Assembly: GCA_036505535.1 (NCBI GenBank) | Contig: DASXTI010000179.1 | Location: forward strand, 4,688 to 68,687 | Source of the DNA: Thermoanaerobaculia bacterium | GTDB taxonomy: Bacteria; Acidobacteriota; Thermoanaerobaculia; UBA5066; Gp7-AA6 | Reading direction: 5' to 3' | Length of the DNA: 64,000 nt | Shown: positions 56,117-64,000 of the stretch, piece after piece | How the letters are laid out: each line of letters opens with the position of its first letter | Numbering within the stretch: position 1 is the first letter of the stretch | The notes under the pieces: generated by a model | What the model was told of the DNA's origin: nothing | The model's input: only the letters and a program-made list of their open reading frames with translations | Databases searched by the model: none | Translations under genes and position numbers: made by a program

Positions 56117-59100
56117 TCAGCCGAGAACCACCGTAATCCGGTGCTCGCTCCCATCGTCGGCGAGAGGGATCCACCCGGTTGCCGCGGGCTCGCCGTCGAG
56201 CGAAATGGTCGCGATGCCCCGCGTGACGCCGCGCGGGTTCTCGACCGTCAGGCGGTAGCGAGCCGAGTGATACCGGAAGAGGATCTCGTATCCGGGCCAG
56301 GCGCGGGGGATACACGGATCGAGGTACAGCCGCGTACCCCTCAACCGGAAGCCCAGAATCCATTCCACACCCGCACGGTACATCCAGCCGGCCGATCCGG
56401 TGTACCAGGTCCAGCCTCCGCGCCCGACATGCGGCCGCTCGGAGTAGACGTCGGCCGCCACGACAAAAGGCTCCACCTTGTAGCGGTGGAGGCCCGAACG
56501 CGTGCTGGAGTGACCGATGGGATTGACGATGGCGAAAAGCTCGCCGGCCTTGTCTCCCTCGCCCAGCGCCGCGAACGCGGCGATCGTCCAGAGGGCGGCG
56601 TGTGTGTACTGACCGCCGTTCTCCCGGACGCCCGGCAGGTATCCCTTCACGTAACCTGGCGAGAGCGTCGTCCGGTCGAACGGAGGCGCGAAGAGAAGGA
56701 CGAGGCCGTCTCCCCGTTGCACCAGGTACTCCTCGACCGCGACCATCGCCCGCCGGCTTCGCTCCGCGTCTCCCGCGCCTGAGAGCACCGCCCAGGACTG
56801 GGCAATCGAATCGATGCGGCACTCATCGTTCGACGCGGATCCGAGCGGCGTTCCATCATCGAAGAAGGCGCGGCGATACCAGCTCCCGTCCCAGCCATCT
56901 CGTTCGAGGGCGGTCTTCAGGGTATCTAAGTGAGCCCGCCACTTGTGCGCGCGCTCGAGCTCCCCACGCTCCTCGGCGATGGGGGCAAACTGACGAAGAT
57001 TCGTGTGCAGAAACCAGCCGAGCCAGATGCTCTCACCCTTTCCGGCGGATCCGACGCGGTTCATCCCATCGTTCCAGTCTCCGGTACCCATCAGCGGCAG
57101 ACCGTGACGCCCGACGGCGAGGCTGCGGTCGAGGGCGCGGGCGCAATGCTCGAAGAGCGACGCCGTTTCCGCCGAGATCTTCGGCTCGAAATATCGCTCG
57201 GTTTCCTCGGGCCGAAGCGGCTCCGCCTCGAGGAAGGGGACCGGCGCGTCGAGAACACTGCGGTCGCCCGTGATCTCGACGTAGTGCGCGGTCGCGTAGG
57301 GCAGCCAGAGCAGGTCGTCCGAGATGCGCGTGCGCACTCCCTTCCCCGAAGGAACGTGCCACCAGTGCTGAACGTCACCCTCCCGAAACTGTCGCGCGGC
57401 CGCGCGCAGCAGATGCTCGCGCGTCACCTCGCGTCGGGCCACCGTCAGAGCCATCACGTCCTGGAGCTGGTCGCGGAAACCCCAGGCGCCGCCGGACTGA
57501 TAGAACGCGGCGCGGGCCCGCACGCGGCAAGCGAGGGTCTGATAAAGAAGCCATCCGTTCAACATCAGATCCATGGCTCGGTCGGGAGTCCGAACCTGCA
57601 GGGCCCCGAGCGTGTCGTCCCACTCGCGAGTCACTTCGCCGAGCGCCTCGTCGAGGTTCCGCAAGCGATAGCTTGCGACGAGCCGCCGCGCCTCCCCGGC
57701 ATCCGCGCCCTCGCCGAGCAGAAAGACGATCTCTGTGCGTTGTCCCGGCGCCAGCCGGAGGAACGTCTGCAATGCCGCACACGGATCCAGGCCGGCGCCC
57801 GCCCGTTGCGACAGCGCCGCGCCGGCCGCCAGGCCCGCCGGCGCGTCGAGGCCGCCGTTTCGCCCCAGGAACTCGGTGCGGTCGGCCGTCCAGGCGGTCT
57901 GCCGTCCGCCGAGGTCGGCGAACGCAACCCGCCCCGCGTATTCTTCGTTCCACGGGTTGCGAGCGAAGAGGGCGCCCGTTCCGCGGTCGAGCTCGGTCAG
58001 AACGAACGGCGCGGTGGCGGATCTCCGCGGGCCTAGGACCCACTCCGCGTAGGCGGTTACCGAGAGCGCTCGCGCCTGACGCGACCGGTTCTCGATCGAG
58101 AGCCGGGAAATCTTCACCGGGTCTTCTCGCGGAACGAACACGAAGAGGTCGAGAGCGATGCCGCGGCTTTCGTGCTCGAAACGGCTGTAGCCCCGGCCGT
58201 GCCTCACCACGTAGGGCCATTCATCGCGGATCGGCAGCGCGGTCGGGCCCCAGATCTCCCCGGTGTCTTCGTCGCGCACGAGCAGGGCCTCGCCTGGCGA
58301 GTCGCCGACGGGGTCGTTCGACCAGGGGGTGAGCTGGTTCTCGCGGCTGTTGACAGCCCACGTGTAGCCGGAGCCCGACTCGGAGATGAGAGTACCGAAA
58401 GAAGAATTCGCGAGGACGTTGACCCAGGGCGCCGGCGTCCACTGTCGTTCTCCGAGGATCGTGACGTACTCGCGTCCTCCCCCGGAAAAGCCTCCGAGGC
58501 CGTTGAAAAACTCTAGCGCGAGGCGGGGCTGCGGCACCTCGGCGGCGGGGATCTGAGCGGCCGCAGGCTGGGGCGGCCGGGCGGCGGGAACCACACGCAG
58601 GAGGCGCACCATCTGCTCCGCAAGAGAGCCGTGCCGGGAGAGCAGAATGACCCGCGCGGCGGTTCGTAGCGCGTCGCGTTCCTCTCCGGAGAGCAGCTCT
58701 CCCCGCAAGACGAAGATTCCGCCCGGCGATTCTTCCGCAATGCCGGCTGCCCGGCGCGCGGCGCGCGCCAGGGATTCCAGGACGGCCGTGAGGTCCGGGG
58801 CGTACGACGGCGGTTGCTCGTTGATGATGACGAGATCGACGTCGAGACCCTTCAGCCTCCAATACTCGTGGGCACGAAGGAGTTGCCGGGCAATTTCCTG
58901 GTCTTCTACATGGTCGATGCGGAGAAGCACGATCGGCCGGTCACCCGAGATGCCATGCCGCCACAGAGTGGATGGTCCCCGACGATTTCGTTTGAGGACC
59001 TCTGCGGGCGCGCGCAGACTCGGGTCGGAATAGAGAATGCGCGTCCCGAGCCGCTGAAAGAGATGAGCCTCGTCGGCGGAGATGCCGAGATGATTGAGCT

Positions 59101-62100
59101 GCACCTGCGCCTGCGTCCAGGCGAGGCTCCCCATCCGATCGAAGGTCGCCGGCTCGCGGTATTTGTCGGCGAGGGCGAGTGCTCCCTCTCTCGAGGGCGA
59201 AACGACCGTCGCGAGGTGAACCCTCGTCGTCGCGCCGGGCAGGAGACGTAGCCGGCGGCGCAGACTGAAAATTGGATCGAGAACCGAGCCCACGGTATTC
59301 GAGAGCGGGCGTCCCTCCTCGACCGAGCTCGGACTGCGTATTCCCTTTCCGCGGCCCAGAAACCGCGCGCGATCGGTCTCGTACTGCGCCGCCCCAGCGG
59401 ATTCCGCCTCGGCCGTCATCACGTGAGCGGCCCAAATGGCCGTCTCCTTTTCATCGCGAGGCCGGCGAGTAGCGAGGAGCGCCTCCAACGCGGGCACGAA
59501 CTCCGTGTGAACGAAGAGGTTCGAGAAAGCGGGATGGGCTGCATCCACGGCGGACGGCGCCAGGACGAGCTCCGCGTAGGAGGTGATCTCGATATCCCGA
59601 AGCCGCGTCCCGAGATTCGTGACGGAGATCTCGCGCATTTCGGCGTCGTCCTCCGCCGAGACGACGACGTGAAGACTCGTCGCGATCGGCCCATCCCTCC
59701 GCAGGATCTCGACCCGGTCCTCGGAGAAGACGGCCTCGTAGGCATCGGGCTCCACTCCGGCCGGCTGGTATCCCGCGGACCAGAGCTTTCCCGTCTGGCC
59801 GTCTCGCAAGAACACGTAGGTGCCCCACGGATCCCGAGTCGTGTCCTCGCGCCAGCGCGTGATGTCGAGCCCCTTCCATCGGCTGTAGCCGGAGCCCGCG
59901 GCCGTGACCATGACGGCATAACGGCCGTTGGAGAGCAGGTGCGTTCTCGGCGGCGAATCGTGAGGCGACCGGAACCGCCGGAGAACGGGGGGCACTTCCT
60001 CCCGGACGTGAAGCAAGGCTTGCCCCTCTTCGGCACGGGGGCGGGCCACGGCCACGGTGCGGGGCGTCCTTTCCTGAAGGAGCAGTTCGGAGGCTTGAAT
60101 CGCGGGCTCGGCATGGAAGCGCCGACGCATCACCCCCTCCTCGAGGACGTTCGCGAGGGCGAGGATCGTCATTCCCTGGTGATGCGCCATGTAGGCGCGG
60201 ACGATCGCGAACTTTTCCCCTTCGGGAAGCCGGGAGGTCGTGTAGTCGATCGACTCGTAGAATCCGTAGCTGCCGAGCGCGCCGGTCGCTGCGAGGCGTT
60301 CGAAGTTCTTCGTCGCGGCGGCCGGATCGACCATGGCGCCGAGCGCCGTCGCGTAGGGGGAGACGACGACATCCTCGGAGAGTCCGCGCTTCAAGCCGAG
60401 GCCGCCGACGCCGAAATTCGAGTACTGATAGGTGAAGTTGAGGTCGCGTACGTTGTAGGCCGCCTCCGAGATCCCCCAGGGAACGCCGCGGTCCTTGCCG
60501 TAGCGAATCTGCCGCCGGACGATCAAACGATTGGTCTGCTCGAGCAGACTTCCGTAGGGAGGGTCGAGCACGAGGTCGGGCATCAGGTACTCGAACATGG
60601 ATCCAGACCACGAGACCAGGGCCGACCCCCGCCCGACCGGCGTCAAAGGACGACCGAGGCGGAACCAGTGCTCGGCCGGGACATCGCCGCGCGAGATCGC
60701 AATGAAGCTGGCCAGACGGGCCTCGGAGGCCAGGAGATCGTAGTGGCCCGGATCGAGACGGCCTTCGGACAACCGGTAGCCGATCGAGAAGAGCTCGCGT
60801 TGCCGGTCGTAGAGGAAGGTGAAGTCCATTTCCGCCACGATTTGCGCCGCGATCCTCGCGAGGGACGAGAAGCGGCGAGCGAGCCCGGCCGCGCCGCTTG
60901 CCGAGCGGTCGAGCTCTCGGATCAAAAAATCGAGAATCGTGTCGCCGGTTCCATCGCGAAGTCTTTCGCGCAGTGCGCCGAGATCGTGTGAGGCGGCCTC
61001 GTAGAGATCCGGAGCCTCCTGCAGGGTGTGAGCCTGGTCCGTCAGTGTTTCCACGACCTGGACCGCTTCGCGCGGGACCTCCGCCCCGCCGCCGGAACTC
61101 TCGGCGAAAAAGCGGCTCCAGCTGCGCATCGCGTCGAGATCGCGTCTGTGGCTGGCAATGCAATCCCGCAGCGCGAGCGCCCATGCGGTCGCTTCCCCTG
61201 CTGGGGCGTCACCGATCTCCTGCCCCAGCGCGTGCACGATGTCGACGAGGGTCTCGGCGCACGCGGCGAGCCTTTCGAGACGCCCGGCCCAGCCACCCGG
61301 CGAATCCGGCACGGGTTTTCCCAGCAGCCCGTTGGCCTCTTGAAGCGCCTCCTCGAGCTGCCGCTCGGTCACGATGCGATCGCGGCGGTGCCCGGCCATC
61401 GCGCCCGCCGACTCGCGAAGCAGCGCCAGCGCATCGGCGATGCCTTCCAGAACGCGGTCGGTCCGAAGAGGAGTGTCGAGCCTTTCGAGACAGGCGTTTC
61501 GAAGGGTGATCAGAGCAGCGGCCAGGTTGCCACTGTCGACGGTCGAAACGTATTTCGGTTCGAGCGGCGTCAGGCGGCGGGTGTCATACCAGTTGTAAAA
61601 ATGGCCGCGATAGCGTTCGAGCTCGCGCATCGTAGATACGGTCGTCTCGAGCCGTTCCGCCATCTCCTCGGTTCCAATCCAGCCGAGGTCGTTCGCGGCC
61701 ACGGTCGAGAGAAGAAACAGACCGATGTTGGTCGGAGACGTGCGTCCCGCGATCTCGGGCCGCGGCAGTTCCTGGAAGTTGTCGGCCGGCAGATGATGAT
61801 GCTCCGGACCGGCGAAAGACTCGAAGTATCGCCACGTCCGGCGGGCGATCGCGCGGAACTGTCTGGCGTCCGCCTCCGAAATCGGCGCCTCTCCGACCTC
61901 GAGGGGAGGCAGGCTCACCCATCGCGCGACGGCCGGCGAGGCCGCCCAGAGTAGAAGAAAGGGAAGGGCGCAACGCCAGGCTCCCGAGCCGCTGGCAGCG
62001 ACGAGGGCGCCCGCGGCGGCCGCCATCCAGACGGCCACCTGCATGCGACGATAGAAGCCGGTCAACCGGAGATCGAGCGCGCGGCGTGCCTGCGCGGCGG

Positions 62101-64000
62101 GAATCCATTCGAGGAGGTGACGGCGCGTTACGGCGAGGCGCCAGAGGGTGCGCAGGATCGCGTCCGACCGGAGATAAGCCTGGTGAGCCAGAAAGACGAT
62201 GCGCAAGGCCGTCTGGGAGAGGCCCAGCATCAAATCGGCGGCGACTCCGCGGATGAAGCTCCTCTTGGCGATCTCGCGACGGCGCGGAAGCAGGCCCGCG
62301 AAGAAGGAGAGGAACGACGGGAGCGCCAGAACGCAGAGCAGGAATGCCGTCCAGAACACGGCGCCCACGCGGGGAAGGGTCCAGCTCGCGACGAGCGTCC
62401 CGAAGGCCGCCGGCGCCGCCAGGCTGCGGCGGAGATTGTCGATCATCTTCCAGCGTCCGATTGCCGGAATCGGGTTGGCGACACGGCGCCCGTGCGCGTC
62501 CGGGATTCTGGGGAAGATCCAGGCAAGAAGCTGCCAGTCGCCGCGAGTCCACCGGTGCTGCCGCGCCGCGGCCACCTCGTAGTGTCCCGGGTAGCCTTCG
62601 AAGAGCTCGATGTCCGAAACGAGCCCCGCCCGGGCGAAGAGTCCCTCGAAAAGATCGTGCGACAGTAAGGTGTTCTCCGGGACTCTTCCCGCCAGCGCCC
62701 GCTCGAAGGCGTCCACATCGTAGATTCCCTTGCCCGTGTAGATCCCGTCCCCGAACAGATCCTGATAGACGTCGGAAACCGCAAAGGCGTAAGGATCGAC
62801 ACCGCGGGGACCGGAAAACGCCCTCTGGTAGAGCGTGCCCCACCCCGTTTCTGGGAGCGTCGGCGTGACGCGAGGCTGAAGAATCGCGTGGCCTTCCACG
62901 ACGCGGCCGGTTTCGAGTTCGAAGAGAGGTCGATTCAACGGATGCGCGATCGTTCCGACCAGCCGCCGCACCGCGTTGCGCGGCAGGCGCGTATCGGCAT
63001 CGAGCGTGATGACGTAACGAACGCCGGCCGGTGTGGCGGCGACCCCGCCGTCGAGCGCGAGGAAGGTCGTGTCGGTTGCGCCGCGCAGAAGCCGGTTGAG
63101 CTCGTGGAGCTTGCCACGCTTGCGCTCCCAACCCATCCAGATTCCTTCGCTCTCGTTCCAGACACGGCGACGATGGAGGAACAGGAAACGGTCGCCGCCT
63201 CCCGCCGCCGGGCCGTGCTTGCGGTTGAGCTCCTCGATGCCGGCCCGGGCGACCTCCACGAGCCCTTCGTCTTCGGGGAGACTCTCGACTGGGGCGTCGG
63301 TCCAGTCCGAAAGCAGCGCGTACCGCAGTTCCGGGTCGGGATTGGCCAGGTAGTGCACTTCCAACCGTTGGACGACCTCACGGACCTCCGCCTCATCGGT
63401 CAAGAGCATCGGAATGGCCACGAGCGTCCGCGCCCCCGCCGGCACGCCATCGGCAAGCTCGAGCTTCGCGAGGCGCCGGGGACCCACCAGCTCCGTCACA
63501 TCCCGGTTCACGACGGCGATCGCGAGCTCCGAGGCGGGCACGAGCGCGAGCAGCGCGAGAACGAGGAGGGAAATCAACGGTGTCCCGGCGAAGGCCGCGA
63601 TCGAGACCGGAATGGCCAGAATCGCCAGGGTCAAGAACGAGATCGTCCAGAGATAGAAGGGACTCGCTGCCCGAAACCAGGCGCGGCGCATCCACTGGGG
63701 CGCGGGAAGCCGGAAATCGAGCACGCGCTCGAGCTGCGGGCGGCCCTTCGAGATCAGGTAGTAACCCGGGTCGGCGAAGCGCGGGTCGGCGGGCTTCGCG
63801 CTCGCGGCTGCCGCGGCGGCGGCGTTGCGCGCGAGCTTGACGGCCCGTCGGGCAACCTCGAGCTCAGAATGGAAGCTGCCCCGCGAGAGCTCCTCGACGG
63901 CGCGGCGATAGCGATCGCGCGTCGGGAAATCCATCTCCGCCACGCGCGTGCCGTCGCACAGCGCCTCCTCGACCAGGCTGACCTGCTCGAAGAAGTCGGC
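56117..64000 (-). CDS. ndvB: Cyclic beta-1,2-glucan synthase (GT84 glycosyltransferase plus GH94 phosphorylase domains); N-terminus lies beyond the right edge
   Basis: ORF 56117..63943 (2608 aa). The reading frame stays open to position 64000 ([19 protein letters not shown] upstream of the nominal GTG). Multi-TM GT region ([10 protein letters not shown]), a central region and a C-terminal GH94/glucoamylase-like region. Known Cgs/NdvB proteins are about 2800-2900 aa. Confidence 0.93.
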   Translation of the reverse strand, partial: ADFFEQVSLVEEALCDGTRVAEMDFPTRDRYRRAVEELSRGSFHSELEVARRAVKLARNAAAAAAASAKPADPRFADPGYYLISKGRPQLERVLDFRLPAPQWMRRAWFRAASPFYLWTISFLTLAILAIPVSIAAFAGTPLISLLVLALLALVPASELAIAVVNRDVTELVGPRRLAKLELADGVPAGARTLVAIPMLLTDEAEVREVVQRLEVHYLANPDPELRYALLSDWTDAPVESLPEDEGLVEVARAGIEELNRKHGPAAGGGDRFLFLHRRRVWNESEGIWMGWERKRGKLHELNRLLRGATDTTFLALDGGVAATPAGVRYVITLDADTRLPRNAVRRLVGTIAHPLNRPLFELETGRVVEGHAILQPRVTPTLPETGWGTLYQRAFSGPRGVDPYAFAVSDVYQDLFGDGIYTGKGIYDVDAFERALAGRVPENTLLSHDLFEGLFARAGLVSDIELFEGYPGHYEVAAARQHRWTRGDWQLLAWIFPRIPDAHGRRVANPIPAIGRWKMIDNLRRSLAAPAAFGTLVASWTLPRVGAVFWTAFLLCVLALPSFLSFFAGLLPRRREIAKRSFIRGVAADLMLGLSQTALRIVFLAHQAYLRSDAILRTLWRLAVTRRHLLEWIPAAQARRALDLRLTGFYRRMQVAVWMAAAAGALVAASGSGAWRCALPFLLLWAASPAVARWVSLPPLEVGEAPISEADARQFRAIARRTWRYFESFAGPEHHHLPADNFQELPRPEIAGRTSPTNIGLFLLSTVAANDLGWIGTEEMAERLETTVSTMRELERYRGHFYNWYDTRRLTPLEPKYVSTVDSGNLAAALITLRNACLERLDTPLRTDRVLEGIADALALLRESAGAMAGHRRDRIVTERQLEEALQEANGLLGKPVPDSPGGWAGRLERLAACAETLVDIVHALGQEIGDAPAGEATAWALALRDCIASHRRDLDAMRSWSRFFAESSGGGAEVPREAVQVVETLTDQAHTLQEAPDLYEAASHDLGALRERLRDGTGDTILDFLIRELDRSASGAAGLARRFSSLARIAAQIVAEMDFTFLYDRQRELFSIGYRLSEGRLDPGHYDLLASEARLASFIAISRGDVPAEHWFRLGRPLTPVGRGSALVSWSGSMFEYLMPDLVLDPPYGSLLEQTNRLIVRRQIRYGKDRGVPWGISEAAYNVRDLNFTYQYSNFGVGGLGLKRGLSEDVVVSPYATALGAMVDPAAATKNFERLAATGALGSYGFYESIDYTTSRLPEGEKFAIVRAYMAHHQGMTILALANVLEEGVMRRRFHAEPAIQASELLLQERTPRTVAVARPRAEEGQALLHVREEVPPVLRRFRSPHDSPPRTHLLSNGRYAVMVTAAGSGYSRWKGLDITRWREDTTRDPWGTYVFLRDGQTGKLWSAGYQPAGVEPDAYEAVFSEDRVEILRRDGPIATSLHVVVSAEDDAEMREISVTNLGTRLRDIEITSYAELVLAPSAVDAAHPAFSNLFVHTEFVPALEALLATRRPRDEKETAIWAAHVMTAEAESAGAAQYETDRARFLGRGKGIRSPSSVEEGRPLSNTVGSVLDPIFSLRRRLRLLPGATTRVHLATVVSPSREGALALADKYREPATFDRMGSLAWTQAQVQLNHLGISADEAHLFQRLGTRILYSDPSLRAPAEVLKRNRRGPSTLWRHGISGDRPIVLLRIDHVEDQEIARQLLRAHEYWRLKGLDVDLVIINEQPPSYAPDLTAVLESLARAARRAAGIAEESPGGIFVLRGELLSGEERDALRTAARVILLSRHGSLAEQMVRLLRVVPAARPPQPAAAQIPAAEVPQPRLALEFFNGLGGFSGGGREYVTILGERQWTPAPWVNVLANSSFGTLISESGSGYTWAVNSRENQLTPWSNDPVGDSPGEALLVRDEDTGEIWGPTALPIRDEWPYVVRHGRGYSRFEHESRGIALDLFVFVPREDPVKISRLSIENRSRQARALSVTAYAEWVLGPRRSATAPFVLTELDRGTGALFARNPWNEEYAGRVAFADLGGRQTAWTADRTEFLGRNGGLDAPAGLAAGAALSQRAGAGLDPCAALQTFLRLAPGQRTEIVFLLGEGADAGEARRLVASYRLRNLDEALGEVTREWDDTLGALQVRTPDRAMDLMLNGWLLYQTLACRVRARAAFYQSGGAWGFRDQLQDVMALTVARREVTREHLLRAAARQFREGDVQHWWHVPSGKGVRTRISDDLLWLPYATAHYVEITGDRSVLDAPVPFLEAEPLRPEETERYFEPKISAETASLFEHCARALDRSLAVGRHGLPLMGTGDWNDGMNRVGSAGKGESIWLGWFLHTNLRQFAPIAEERGELERAHKWRAHLDTLKTALERDGWDGSWYRRAFFDDGTPLGSASNDECRIDSIAQSWAVLSGAGDAERSRRAMVAVEEYLVQRGDGLVLLFAPPFDRTTLSPGYVKGYLPGVRENGGQYTHAALWTIAAFAALGEGDKAGELFAIVNPIGHSSTRSGLHRYKVEPFVVAADVYSERPHVGRGGWTWYTGSAGWMYRAGVEWILGFRLRGTRLYLDPCIPRAWPGYEILFRYHSARYRLTVENPRGVTRGIATISLDGEPAATGWIPLADDGSEHRITVVLG

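Noticed and set aside
63941-63943. GTG at 63943 as the start of the glucan synthase.
   Set aside because: The frame remains open to the window edge. The upstream residues ([11 protein letters not shown]...) look like continuing protein, and characterised Cgs proteins are about 200-250 aa longer.

Overview
GC-rich, densely coding bacterial chromosome segment that reads as core genome, not an island. I recognised no rRNA, tRNA, CRISPR, transposase or phage genes. About 55 CDS can be supported.

Landmarks, left to right:
- two oligopeptide-type ABC ATPases
- the ffh-rpsP-KH-rimM-trmD-rplS-rnhB block (minus strand, 4.4-8.8 kb)
- a GGDEF cyclase and a methyltransferase/glycosyltransferase pair
- queG, a CNNM/CBS transporter, an NAD-IDH-like dehydrogenase, a 2Fe-2S ferredoxin, trmB, pgsA
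- a B-box/NodB deacetylase - phosphohexomutase - B12 radical SAM run
- pilT-recX-alaS, then ilvE
- a Bacillus-type heat-shock operon hrcA-grpE-dnaK-dnaJ-prmA-rsmE behind a perfect CIRCE operator
- an MglA-type GTPase with a long C-terminal extension, and an MltD-like LysM transglycosylase
- comM, an M23 peptidase, secA, guaB, rarA, carD/cdnL
- a UdgX-type uracil-DNA glycosylase next to general-stress-type genes
- a cyclic beta-1,2-glucan synthase of more than 2600 codons that runs off the right edge

The gene content (MglA, PilT, CdnL, HrcA/CIRCE, B-box zinc finger, many TPR proteins) suggests an Acidobacteriota- or Myxococcota-like organism. That is inference only.

The most unusual signal is not a gene. 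At least eight intergenic gaps carry hairpins whose two arms are themselves tandem 7-nt repeats. Most use GATTGNN units, but other loci use unrelated units. All sit at gene 3' ends.

Other points worth a second look:
- recX has no canonical start and is in frame with pilT across a single TAG.
- Several genes seem to start at TTG or CTG codons overlapping the upstream stop (TTGA/CTGA).
- TGnTAnnAT extended -10 boxes recur, some only 7-10 nt from a start codon (leaderless candidates).
- The UdgX-like glycosylase retains the KRRIH loop.

Many long ORFs in the six-frame track are antisense or GC artefacts and were not called.
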